Shown: positions 1 to 11,436 of the stretch, in pieces
Layout: each line of letters starts with the position of its first letter
How positions within the stretch are numbered: position 1 is the stretch's first letter
Assembly: GCF_048593235.1 (NCBI RefSeq)
Contig: NC_133620.1
Coordinates: forward strand, 397,201,261 to 397,265,260
Direction of reading: 5' to 3'
Source: Sminthopsis crassicaudata
Taxonomy: Eukaryota
DNA: 64,000 bases
Position numbers and translations under genes: made by a program
The notes under the pieces: model-generated
Told to the model about the DNA's origin: nothing
The model's database searches: none
Seen by the model: only the letters and a program-made list of their open reading frames with translations

Positions 1-659
1 AAATATAATGATAAATTTTGGAGGGGATGTGAAGAAACTGGAATACTAATGCATTATTGGTGCAATTGTGAAATAATCCAACCGTTCTGGAAAGCAACTT
101 AGAACTATGCCCAAAGAGATTAAAAAAAAAAAACCTCTGTAGTCTCACTACTAGAGTTGTATTCCAAAAAGTAATTTTTAAAAAAGGAAAAGGATCTATA
201 TATGCAAAAATGCTTGTAGGAACTCTTTTAGTAGTGGCAAGGAACTGGAAATTGAGTGGATGCCCATCAGTTGGAAAATGGCTGAATAAATTATGGTGTA
301 TGAAAGTAATGAAATATTATTGTTCTAGAAGAAATGATTAGCAAGCTGGATTTCAGAAAAACCTGAAGAGACCTACGTGAATTGATGCTGAGTGAAGTAA
401 ACAGAACCAGGAAGACATTGTTCACAGCTGTGATATATTTGGCTCTTCTAAATGATGTGATAATTCAAGGCAATTCTAATAGACTTGGGATGGAAAATGC
501 AAAACACATTCAAAAAGAGCACTAGTGAGATTGAATGCAGATTGAAGCATAGTATTTTCACCTTTTTTGTTTGTGTTATTCTTTCTAATGATTTTTTTCC
601 CCTTTCGGTCTGATTTCTGACACAACATAACAAATATGGAAATATGATTAAAAGGATTG
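1..659 (+). mobile_element. L1 LINE 3' region (ORF2 C-terminus and 3'UTR), left part, interrupted by ERV
   Basis: Typical marsupial L1 3' sequence (ggaaagcaacttagaactatgccc..., tgatgctgagtgaagtaaacagaaccagg). The 3'UTR resumes at 5631 and ends in an A-rich tail near 5790. Confidence 0.85.
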
Positions 660-1135
660 TGCAAGAATATGGGATTCTGGTGAGAGGGAGTACCGAGGCC
701 ACCTTGATCCTTGATGCACAAGAAGTTTTCTGCCACATTGCAGAAATGCTCTTGTTTAGCAAGGAGCATTGATTTGTGATTGTTGGAACTAGTAGGTCGG
801 AGGATCATAACCTGTGGCTACGGGAACAGGGATGCCCGAATAGGGCCTCTCGCCTGTGAACTAGCTGCTGAATTGCTGGATTGGCTCTCCTCCCATTGGT
901 AGATACCATGTACACACAATGCCTATGAGCTGCTTCTCTGAATGGTGATTGGGGATTGCCTACTGTCCATGCACTAATCACACTTGCAAAAATGTATATC
1001 AACAAGGCTTATGGCTGTATGGCATAATAAACTGGAGCTCTTTTCACACCCTATGAATCACCTGCCTCATTGATCTTGCCTCTGAGAGAGCAAAGGGCTC
1101 ATATGCCATGAGCTCTTAAAAGCTGGCTGCAAAAC
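660..1135 (+). mobile_element. 5' LTR of betaretrovirus-like ERV
   Basis: Starts TGCAAGAAT, aligns along its length with 4739-5630, has AATAAA near 1026 and is followed by a PBS-like site. Confidence 0.9.
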
Positions 1136-1156
1136 TGGCTCCTGGGTAACAGGGAC
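1136..1156 (+). promoter_or_regulatory. Degenerate tRNA-Lys3-like primer binding site
   Basis: tggctcctgggtaacagggac directly after the LTR resembles TGGCGCCCGAACAGGGAC (Lys3 PBS), with substitutions and an insertion. Confidence 0.55.
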
Positions 1157-1269
1157 AAGAAACCCGAAAGGGTGCCAGAGCGACCACTTTGTGGTCAAGC
1201 ACTTCTATGTGGTCAAGACAACCTCTATGAGGACTGCAGAGGGAGAGCCCACCAAACTGCACTGTTTCT

Positions 1270-2225
1270 GGACCAAGCAGAGTGCAAAGGATAATGGTTA
1301 AATAATCTAATGGAGAAGAAACAAGGGTACACAATCCAACTAGGAGACATTAGGAAATTCCTGAACATTGCTTACAAAGTTTCTCCATGGTTACCTGAGG
1401 AGAGCTCTTATCATTGTGATAGATAGATTGTTTTTGGTGAACAGCTCGCTGCTTTTGATAAACAATGCTCAGGAAAAATACAAAATAATTTCATTAAAGT
1501 CTAAAATCAGAACCAGAAAAGGAGATCAGGAAATTTACAGTCAGAGCACAGACAGGTCCATCCCTTAGCAGTAGATGTTCCTTTTCTAAGCCTGAGGAGG
1601 ATGATAATGAATGGCCTCCCCCCACCACCACCACATTCAGCCCTGCCTTTTTGTGTCTATCCAGACCTACAGCCTTTCAAAGACTCTCCTAATGTAAAAA
1701 AGAACTGAGGAAAAGCAGGATCAGAAATATAAAACAAAGGCTGCAGCAATACTTAGCAGACAAAAAGCAAAAGGTAATCAGTTATATTCTTTACCTTCAC
1801 TTCAAAAAGTTTTGCAGCTGGCTAGGGATCAAAGAAAAAACATGGAGGAGTGGGATGACCCTGTTAACCCAGGGCAGAGAAGACACAGACATGAACCACT
1901 TCCCTTTAAAGTTCTAACCCAGCTTAAGGACTGTGTTCATAAATATGGACCCATAACATCTTTTGATATGTTACAACTTGAAACAATGTCATGGGAAATT
2001 TTGTACTCCAATAATTGGAAAGCATTCTCACTAGCAGTTTTGACTCCAGGCCAGGCAGTGTTCTGGATGACAGAATTTTTAGAACAAACTCAGTTGACAG
2101 CCACTCAGGTTGCTCCAGGAACAAATGTGAAGGTATATTTTGATCAACTTAGCAGCACTGGGACCCCAAAACCAACCTGGGGAATGACAGCTCAAGTAGG
2201 GACAGATATAAATGAGGAATAGAGG
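1270..2225 (+). pseudogene. gag: ERV gag remnant (MA and N-terminal CA), class II/betaretroviral
   Basis: MA-like KVSPWLPEE, and CA-like PLPFKVLTQLKDCVHKYGP...NWKAFSLAVLTPGQAVFW in ORF 1812-2222. Disrupted; C-terminal CA and NC not seen. Confidence 0.8.
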
Positions 2226-2229
2226 AACA

Positions 2230-2850
2230 GGTATACAGCTTTAGATGTCAAAGGACAATTAGTAATAAAACTCAGAAGCAATAGTTTTTGCTGCCTCTCC
2301 CCTCATGCTATTTGTGAAGTGCCCATTCAACAATATCAAAGAGGAAAATAACTAAAAATCCTTGTTACAAATCCTTCACTACCCCAGTATTCATTAGCTA
2401 TCCCAGTCATACAAATAAATATATGAGAAAGTGCCTGTGTCTGTAACTATGATTAACACTGACAATATTGAAATATATCTTAACAAGAAACAATTAAGGA
2501 AGTCATTCCATCTGAACTTACAGTTAAAACAGAAGATAATTGTGGAATTAGCCCCACAGATAGATCCAAATTCAGAGTCGGTTGTACAAATATAGTTTAC
2601 AAAGATTCACACTCACTTGGCTGATACCCTTACTTTGAATAATTAACAGTTTGAATGATTAATAGACACTGGAGCTGACAGGCTGGTGGCTGCTTCTCAA
2701 CCGCCCCCTTTGCAGAGGTAGGAGGCAGTAAGGAGGTTTTGATGTCCGCTGAACAAATTGGCAAAAAGATGGAAAGACAGGAACCATTTTTCCTTTAATA
2801 ATAAATAGCTCACATATTAACTTATGGGTAGAGATATATTACATTAATTT
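2230..2850 (+). pseudogene. pro: ERV pro remnant (possible dUTPase plus aspartic protease)
   Basis: LIDTGAD active-site motif near 2660 and a frameshifted INLW(G)RDIL motif near 2817-2845. The dUTPase part is only weakly recognisable. Confidence 0.7.
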
Positions 2851-2854
2851 AGGG

Positions 2855-3830
2855 ATGAAATATCACTACAGAAGTTTAAGAGAGGTTATTGCTGTTAAGG
2901 CTTCCACTGCACCAGTATGGGTGGAGCAATGCACCCTGTCCAAAGAGAAAGCAACCTCTCTACATAAGTTAGTACAAGCACAATTAGCATTAGGACAGAT
3001 TGAGGAAACAAATAGCCCATGGAATTTCCCTTTATTTGTTATAAAGAAAAAGTCTTGTAAATGGAGAATGTTATTAGATTTGAGACAAGTAAACTCAGTC
3101 TTGAAAGGCATGGATTCTTTACAGACAGGTTTGCCATCTCCAAACATCATCCCCAGGGAATGGCTCTTATGGATAAGAGATATTAAAAATTGCTTTTTAC
3201 TCTATCCCCCTTCATCCTGAGGACAGGGATAAATTTGCTTTCTCAGTATCATCATATGATTCTCAAAGACCTGTAAGGCTGGGGATTAGCCTGAGAGGAG
3301 ACAGGCCAATTGTTATGTGACAAATGAATGTTACACATATGGGGAAAACATGCATTCATGCTACAGTTGACACTTTTTCAGGCTTTGTATCTGCATCCTC
3401 TCAACAAGGGGAAGCTGCTTCACATGTAATAAATCACCTATTTCACTGTTTTGCCTCTATGAATATCCCACACCACCATTAAGACTGATAATAGACCCTC
3501 ATATATTTAAAAATATTAAAACAGTTTTTACATGAATTCTCTATACATCATATTTCTGGGATTCCTTACAACCCTACAGAACAGGGCATTATAGAAAGGA
3601 CTAATCAGATCCTCAAAAGATTTATCAAAAAACAAAAACAGGGAGATGGAGATATGATCATTCAGAAAAATATAGATAAAGCAGTGTACATAATTACTTA
3701 AAATTTGATCCAAATGATTTAAGTGCAACTATGTAATATTCTGGTGAACATAGAGAATCATTCAAAGATAACACCCCATCTTCATTAAGAAGGCCCCCTA
3801 AGAATGAGACCATGATAATGAAAAAGGGTT
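2855..3830 (+). pseudogene. pol: ERV pol remnant: RT N-terminus fused by deletion to integrase core
   Basis: ORF 2855-3220 has WVEQC..SPWNFPLFVIKKKSCKWRMLLDLRQVN..LQTGLP..DIKNCF. Near 3278 it jumps to IN-like QMNVTH..HATVDTFSG..IPYNPTEQGIIERTNQILK. YMDD and RNase H are absent. Confidence 0.85.
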
Positions 3831-3899
3831 CTGAAGGATGGGAGGGTTCTATTCTTGTATCTCCACGGGAGAAAATCTTCAGCAGTGGATCCATACCAG

Positions 3900-4800
3900 A
3901 CATCTCAAAGAGGAAAAGAAGGAAGAGGAGGTGACCCTCCAATAGGAGGAGAAGACGTGCTCCCAAGACTACTAGATAGATGTTTTCTGTACATAAGAGC
4001 TTGTGTTACACAAAATCAAGGACTGGCAATAGAGACCAAAAGGTGAGCTGGACCCACCATGGCCTAGAATTATCTCAGGGGTGTGGGGTATCATGTGACA
4101 CATGCTGAGCATGCAGCAGATGCCCTGTCTTAGCGGCACCCTTGTCCATGTGAGAGGGTTACAGCGGTGTATCTACATAATGGATCATCAGTTTGGTCCT
4201 TTAGAAAGCACAGACCTCCATAGGACACTTTCTTGTCACTCAAGAATTGGGCTGGCAGTTTGGCACATGGAAAAACATCTTGGGCCCTGGTTCTTAGACA
4301 AATGGCACAAAAATTGAATACCAGTTTTATACTAAAGCCTGTCTGGGAAGGAAACATGCATTTGTGGCAGGAGACTCTGTAACTGTTACCAAAGAAACAT
4401 TAGATGTTTACAATGTTACTTGTTGGAATTGTATATTAAAATTGAAAAGCAGACTATATTTGTGATCAATAGGAGCACAGGTTGAGTTATTGAAACTTCA
4501 GGCTCAATTACAATATAAATCCAGACAAAACTGCTGAAAAAAATCATACATTGGTTTGATAATACCTTTTCATGATGGTTAAAATTAGAATCATGGATTG
4601 CCCTGTGTATTGTTATGTTGTTACTGCTTTGTTGTTGCCCTGTAATATTAGACTGCTTTTCTAGCTCTTTCTCCATCATCCTTTCAGAGATTGCAGCTCA
4701 AGAAATTACTTTTTATCTAAAAGATAAAAAGGGGGGATTGCAAGAATACGGGATTCTGCCCAGGAGTACAGAGGCCACCTCGACCCTTGATGCACAATAA
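3900..4800 (+). pseudogene. env: ERV env remnant (deleted SU; TM anchor and cytoplasmic tail running into the LTR)
   Basis: NVTCWNC motif near 4415 and hydrophobic WIALCIVMLLLLCCCPVILDCF near 4592-4660. Polypurine tract aaaagataaaaagggggga ends at 4737. Confidence 0.65.
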
Positions 4801-5063
4801 GTTTTCTGCCACATTGCAGCAATGCCCTTGTTGAGCAAGGAGCATTGATTTGTGATCATGGGAACAAGTGAGCCAGAAGGTCACAGTCAATGGCTACATG
4901 AACAGGAATGTCTGACTAGGGCCTCTCACCTGTGAGCGAGCTGCTGAGTTGCTGGACTGGCTCTCCTCCCATTGGTCAATACCATGCATACTCAATGCCC
5001 ACAAGCTGCTTCTCTGAATGATAATTGGGGATCACCTACTGTACATGTGCTGATCACATTTGC

Positions 5064-5068
<5 letters not shown>

Positions 5069-5148
<80 letters not shown>
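5069..5148. repeat. (TA)40 microsatellite
   Basis: Perfect TA run read directly from the sequence. Confidence 0.95.
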
Positions 5149-5151
<3 letters not shown>

Positions 5152-5193
5152 ATCAACAAGGCTGTACAGCATAATAAACTGGAGCTCTTTTCC

Positions 5194-5538
5194 TGTAAAG
5201 GACTAGAACTGAGCAATGCACTTGGATAATGAAGCACGTGAGACTAATTGCCAATTGGACAGTTCCCTATTAACTTGTTTTCAGGTTGACACTCCCCAGC
5301 TGTTCTGTGCTGACTTGATTGGTGGGACAAAGAGGGGGGAGTGACTTGTGTGGGAAGAGTAGAAGGAGGAAGAGGAAGTGAGATGAAGAAGCTGACTCAG
5401 TCTCTCCGGTGTTTGAGGGAGGAAGGTGTGTGCGAGGTAGCTAGGCCTAACCCCCTGACCTTGACTGTAAAAGATCAAGAATAAAGATGTTTAGTGATCC
5501 TGACTCCAGCTGATTTCTGGGAAGACAGAGTTCCAGCA
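5194..5538 (+). mobile_element. Solo LTR (345 bp) nested in the ERV 3' LTR
   Basis: TG...CA termini, AATAAA near 5480, perfect 6-bp TSD TTTTCC at 5188-5193 and 5539-5544. The host LTR sequence resumes after it. Confidence 0.9.
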
Positions 5539-5630
5539 TTTTCCCACCTTATGAGTCTCCCACTCCATTCATCTTGCCTCTGAGATCAAAGGGCTCATAT
5601 GCCATGAGCTCTTAAAGGACAGTCGCAACA

Positions 5631-5790
5631 AAATTGCTTATGTTTAATCTATATCAGATTATTTGTTGCCTTGAGGAGGAAGGTGGGATTTAGAATTTAG
5701 AATACAAAGTTACACAAAAATGAATGTTGAAAATTATCTTTACCTGTATTTGCAAAAATAAAATACTATTGAAAAAGGGGGAAAAAAGTT
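5631..5790 (+). mobile_element. L1 3'UTR, right part, with A-rich tail
   Basis: Continues the L1 3'UTR broken at 659 (atgtttaatctatatcagatt...aaaataaaatactattgaaaaa). Confidence 0.8.
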
Positions 5791-5931
5791 CAGACTCTGA
5801 ATGAGGCTACTTTTTCTCTTCAGGGTTTGAGAAGTACTCTTGAACAGTCAGGATATTCCTTCTCTAATGATATTAGCTTGCAAACCACTTTACATAGTAT
5901 GTTTTCCCCAATATCCATCATCATCAATTAG

Positions 5932-6493
5932 TGTCCTAGTTCCATTAAACCAGCTAACAACAATTAGCTTTAATAAATAGATATTTATTCAGATATTATA
6001 GCAATGATAAAAGTTACAAGGCATTACCCTCAGGACCTAAAGATTCAGTCTCCCTTATGCCACTTTAATCCATAGGAAAAGGGGGTTCATATTTAACCCA
6101 GCATTTAACAATGCATTTAACACACTTAGTTCACATCAGAATTCAGTATAACTAGTGGAAAAAGTCATTCCCTTGCTTAAATCCCAGGCTTCTTGGAAGC
6201 AGGATTAAATCCTAGGCTATACTGTCATACTATACTTTGCTAGCCACTGGGATTGACTTTGACTGGAACTTTGACTCCCAGCTTTCTGTCACTCGGTACT
6301 TTTAAAGTTCTTTAGTTCATAGAAATCTCTAATGCTCCTTCACATAAAAGCAGGAAGGAACAGAACAAAAGCCCACATTATTGAAAGGCTACACATCAAC
6401 CCCAAATAGGAAACACCTAGTTTCGCTCAGCATAACTTTTCATTTGAACAGAACCAGAACAAATGTCCCATCCAGTTTGGATTCTTGATTACA
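5932..6493 (-). mobile_element. Probable solo LTR
   Basis: TG...CA termini, tttatt (minus-strand AATAAA) near the left end, partial flanking repeat aattag/agtcag. Confidence 0.45.
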
Positions 6494-6511
6494 AGTCAGC
6501 AGTAATTGTTT

Positions 6512-6722
6512 ACTTTACTCCCTTTTTGGTTTTGTTGTTGTTGTTTGTTTGTTTGTATGTTTTTATTTTATTTTATTTATTTATTTGCTGAGGCAACTGG
6601 GGTCAAGTGACTGGGCCAGAGTTACACAGCTAGTAAGTGTTAAGTGTCTGAGACCAGATTTGAACTCAGGTCCTCCTGAATTCAGGGCTGGTGCTCTATC
6701 CACTGCACCACCTACCTGCCCC
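6512..6722 (-). mobile_element. WSINE1-type SINE with long T-rich tail
   Basis: Reverse of ggggcaggtaggtggtgcagtggatagagc... consensus; TSD agcagtaatt(g/a)ttt at 6498-6511 and 6724-6737. Confidence 0.9.
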
Positions 6723-6960
6723 TAGCAGTAATTATTTTAAAAAAAATTTTTTTTAATTAAAAAAAAAAAACTTTTTTCACATAAGTAGTTAAGAAGCAGA
6801 ACTGCTACAAATGTTCTGATATGGGGATCGGGGTTCTTCCATTATGTCACAGTAGGCGTAATACTTTGTAAGTTACATTATTGATATATCTTTCTAATAA
6901 ATATCCATTTCTCAAAGCTAATTGTTAATTGGTTAAACACCAATCACTGGTAATAGAAAA

Positions 6961-7550
6961 TGGAGAAAACAAATTACGTCACAATGGAAATAAAAGTAAT
7001 TGAGACAGCAAAGATGCAAGGATGACCAATTTATTAAGTAGCCAATTAATGGAGATCAATGACTTTTCAATAGTCAAAGACCCCCAGAGAGGGAGGGCAG
7101 GGTCTTTTATGGTAGTTCAGAGGATGACAGAGCAAAATCTCCAGCAACATAAGTATGTCTTCTCCTCTAATGTCAGTTTGACATTATGATTGTTTGACCT
7201 CCTTTTCTGAAACCCTCTAAATCACAAATAACATGTGGGATTCAGGTAAGAAGACAAAGATAAGAGAATCCCAACTGTAGATATTTCAATGACAAAATAG
7301 GAGCTATGATATCCTTGAGAGAGGCAATCAGTTCTCAGGTCATGAAAGTAACTTTCAAGCAATGAGATTGGATTGGTTTGTAGGTAAAATGAATTGCAAC
7401 AACAATTTAAATCGATGAGAATAACCTTTAGTCAAGTTCCTCCATCATATGGGTAATAGATGAAGTTATACTGGTGGAGGTATGTCACAAGAATTGACCT
7501 GAGGTTACCTGAGTATTCTTGTAAAGAATTTAGACTCAACACAGGAAGGT
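6961..7550 (-). mobile_element. Probable LTR fragment
   Basis: The minus strand shows a TATA-like cataaaag followed by AATAAA and ends ...ctcCA. Boundaries uncertain. Confidence 0.4.
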
Positions 7551-7584
7551 AAATATTAAATATACGCTGGATTAATTAAGTCTT

Positions 7585-7730
7585 TTTTTTTCTGCTAAGG
7601 CAATTGGGGTTTTAAGCAACTTGCCTAGGGTCACACAGCTAGGAAGTGTTAAGTCCCTGAGACCAGATTTTCCAGAAGTCCTCCAGACTTCAGAGCTGGT
7701 GCTCCATCCACTGCACCACCTAGCTGCCCC
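7585..7730 (-). mobile_element. WSINE1-type SINE
   Basis: SINE consensus match; 13-bp TSD ttaattaagtctt at 7572-7584 and 7734-7746. Confidence 0.9.
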
Positions 7731-8109
7731 AGCTTAATTAAGTCTTATCAAATTAATCAAAAATCAATTTTAAATTTCATAATTCACTTCCTTTGACTTT
7801 TGTTACTGTGCTAAGAGATTTGAGGCATGTGGTGCTTCTCCATTTCTTAGCCCCCCTTCACTTCTGCCTAAGCACAAGCATGTGCCCTTAAGGTATCCTC
7901 TATTTTCTGATCCTCCTCCCTCAACTCCGTCTTCATAGGTGGGAGAAGGAGGAGTGGGAGGAGTGGTGACACCATCCACACCACCAGTGTGGAAGTTTTG
8001 CCTTCCTATGTGTTGAAGCAAGGCAAAAGAGAAGAGACATTTTACTTCAATTAGGATTACAATTGATTGCTTTGGCTTTTTAGGCAGGGCTTCTTTAGAA
8101 AGTCTGCCA

Positions 8110-9110
8110 ACCCTTACACCTATCCTTATCCAATTAAAAATTGATACAGTGGTGTGGGTAGAACAGTGGCTCCTAAGCAGTGAAAAAATTCAGGCCCTAT
8201 TAGATATAGTACAGGAGCAATTTGACCAAGGACACTTACAACCATCTCTAAGTCCTTGGAAATCCCCTGTATTTGCTGTAAAAAAAATCTGAAAAATTTA
8301 AGATGTTGACTGATTTGAGAAAAGTAAATAAACAGATGGAAACTATGGGAACTCTTCAACCTGGACTTCTACCTCCTACTCAGTTGCCTAGAGAATGGCC
8401 TCTATGGGTTATAGACATTAAGGATTGTTTCTACTCTATCCCTCTAGAGAAGGAAGATATGAATAGATTTGCTTTTTTCAGTGCCTAGCATTAATTTATC
8501 TGAGCTTTATAAAAGATGGATAGTTTTGCCTCAGAGAATGAAAAATAGCTCTACCATGTGTCAAACATATGTGGCTGCTGTTCTTACTCCAGTGAGAAAA
8601 GCATTTCCATGTTATTACATTACATGGATGATATCTTGAGTTTTGCACTGAGGAGCAAATGTTAGAAGCATGCCTACAAAAGACCATAGAAACTCTAAGG
8701 AACTACCAAATGTATATAGCCCCAGAAAAAAATTCAAAGGCACATTCCTTTTCAATATTTAGGATATGAAGTGTATCCCAAGGTACTTATGATACAAAAA
8801 CTTTCTTTAAGAACAGAGAATTTGGATACCTTAAATAACTTTCAGAAATTAATAGGAGATATGCAATAGATGCATCCAGTGTTAGGCTTAATTGCTTAAT
8901 CAATTACAACCATTGTTTGGCATTTTAAGGGGAGACACTTCTTTAGACTCACCATGCCAGCTTATAAAAGAAGCCTGAGAGGCTCTGAAAAAGGTCAAAC
9001 TGACTTTACCCAATGTGGTTGAAAGAGCCACTCAAAAACCCCTTGGAAATATCAGTTTTTGCTGCAAAAGAGGCACATAAAACACCCTTTCATTAAGGAG
9101 ACAGTGTCAT
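8110..9110 (+). pseudogene. pol: Second betaretrovirus-like pol (RT) remnant
   Basis: VWVEQW..SPWKSPVF..MLTDLRKVNKQMETMGTLQPGL..WVIDIKDCFYSIPL; TACATGGATGAT (YMDD) at 8621-8632; frameshifts and stops. Confidence 0.9.
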
Positions 9111-11436
9111 TGTCTGAAGGCAAATTCTTGTTGATTGATAAAGCTCCTGCAAGATATATAGATATATAAATATAAATAATATCTATATATCTTGCTATAT
9201 TACCCAGAAAATTTCAGTCAGCTTTTGTATGAGCAATTCTACCTTGTAAATCTCAGGTGGAATATAATAAGCACCAGGCATTTTACCACTCAAAAAAAAT
9301 CTAAAGGCATTCAAAAGCCTTTCTTCAGTTGTAACTTTAACTAGGGAGGCATCAACTTCAACCTAGAGTAAATAGCAATGATTGATGTCAGTCTGCTGAG
9401 AACTATGGAAATCTCCCTAGAGATCAAACATGTCTTTATTACTAATCAACATGACTACATTAGTACTGAATAGTTGAGCTGGACCATAGGTCTTTGATCT
9501 ATAAATAGTCTTCAGGGTATGATAAAGCACTTTGTATTGTTTTGTTTTGTTTTAATCTATTTTTATTTATTTTACATTTTTTAAAATTAATTTTATAATT
9601 ATATCTTTTTTTGACAGTACATATGCATGGGTAATTTTTACAACATTTCCCTTGCACTCACATCTATTCTGAATTTTCCCTCCTTCCCTCCACCCCTTCC
9701 CCTACCTAGATGGCAGGTAGTCCCATACATGTTAAATGTGTTATAGTATATTCCAATTACAATATTGTGTGTGCAGAACCAAATTTCTTGTTGCACAGGA
9801 AGAATTGGATTCAGAAGGTAAAAATAACCTGGGAAGAAAAACAAAAATGCAAACAGTTTACACTCATGTCCCAGTGTTCCCTCTCTGGGTATAGCGGATT
9901 CTGTCCATCAATTGGAACTGAATTAGATCTTCTCTTTGTTGAAGATATCCATTTCCATCAGAATACATTCTCATATAGTATCATTGCTGAAGTGTACAAC
10001 GATCTCCTGGTTCTGCCCATTTCACTCAGCATCAGTTCATGTAAGTCTCTCCAAGCCTCTCTGTATTCCTCCTGCTAGTCATTTCTTACAGAACAATAAT
10101 ATTCCATATCATTCATATACCATAATTTACCCAACCATTCTCCAATTGATGGGCATCTATTCAATTTCCAGTTCCTAGCCACTGCAAAAAGAGCTGCCAC
10201 AAACATTTTGGCACATAGAGAGAGGTCTCTTTCCCTTCTTTAGTATTTCTTTGGGATATCAGCCCACTGCTAGATCAAAGGGTATGCACATTTTGATAAC
10301 TTTTTGGCCATAATTCCAGATTGCTCTCCAGAATCAGTGTCACAATTTTCCCACAGCCCCTCCAACATTCATCATTATTTGTTCCTGTCATCTTAGCCAA
10401 TCTGACAGGTGTGTAGTGGTATCTCAGAGTTGTCTTAATTTGCATTTCTCTGATCAATAGTGATTTGGAACACTCTTTTAAAGAGTGGAAATGCACTTTG
10501 TATTGTTACTTTCCATCTCCTTACTGATCCAAGAATCCTGCATTTTTGTACACTTTCCTTATACTTTATATCTTTGATGGAACTAAATGTTGCCTTCTTA
10601 GAGGTGGCTGGTATTTCTTATGGAAATCTGGTTTTTCACTTAGCTTCTGAATTTCCCCATCATTTTTATCAACTTGATGTTTGCGAGTTTTCTTCTGAAT
10701 TTCCCCTTAATTTTTATCAACTTAAAATTGATGTTTGCAAGTGTTCTGATGCCAGATGAGTAAATTCAGTGACAAATCTCTGAAAACTGCCCATTTCTTT
10801 TCTTCTCCATTGTTACCAGTTGTGTAGGTAATAATTTTTTCTCAGTGTCAGAATGAACTGTTCCTGCTTGGAGAAGCATTTTTTGATAGTAAGTCTTTTG
10901 ATAGTTGTATTGTCTTCAGACTGACATTTTATTGAATGTGAATATTTAGCTTGGAGAGGATATATCTAAGATTGGTCCATCACTCTGCACCATGCATCAC
11001 CTTCATCCCTCTCACATCCTGTCCATTTCTTCTCCTTATAATCACATTGTCTATTGAATGCCAATGTTTGGTACAAGAGTGCATCCAGAAGTTTTGTTGT
11101 GTTTTGGTAAATTAAAGATAATGTTGGTGATAAGGAGGTCATGGGATACACAAGTCTTCAGTAATAAGTGACATTTGCTGCTGCTATTTCGAATTCCATT
11201 CCCCCAAGGACTCTGGCATGTTTGGTAGTCTGAGACTATTCTAGCATGAAAGTCACCCAGAACTACAAGCTTGCTCTCATTTGGAATATTGATGATGAGG
11301 GTCTCCAGGTCTTCATAACATTTTTCTTTGATCTTATCAGGATTTGTCATAGTGGGAGCATAGATACTGATGATGATGGCATGGCATTTTCCTGCAAGTG
11401 GCACTTGCATGGTCATGAGTCTCATATGTGTGGGAT
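9110..11436 (-). mobile_element. RTE-clade LINE (endonuclease through RT N-terminal region), split by an L1
   Basis: ORF 11051-11455 has RLMTMQVPL..IISIYAPTMTNPD..KCYEDLE..VVLGDFHAR (RTE APE). Near 9200-9290 the minus strand reads LSGKMPG..IPPEIYK..LIQKLTEIF. Confidence 0.85.
9542..10492 (-). mobile_element. 5'-truncated L1 inserted in the RTE
   Basis: L1 ORF2 C-terminus (ORF 10275-10496), 3'UTR and T-rich tail; perfect 15-bp TSD gcactttgtattgtt at 9527-9541 and 10493-10507. Confidence 0.92.

Larger units (their letters stand above)
4739..5630 (+). mobile_element. 3' LTR of betaretrovirus-like ERV (contains a (TA)n expansion and a nested LTR)
   Basis: TG start after the PPT and ...gcaaCA end at 5630; homologous to 660-1135. 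Degenerate 6-bp TSD ggattg (654-659) / aaattg (5631-5636). Confidence 0.9.

Noticed and set aside
4972-5237. ORFs with long IY/YI repeats
   Set aside because: Artefacts of translating the (TA)40 microsatellite.
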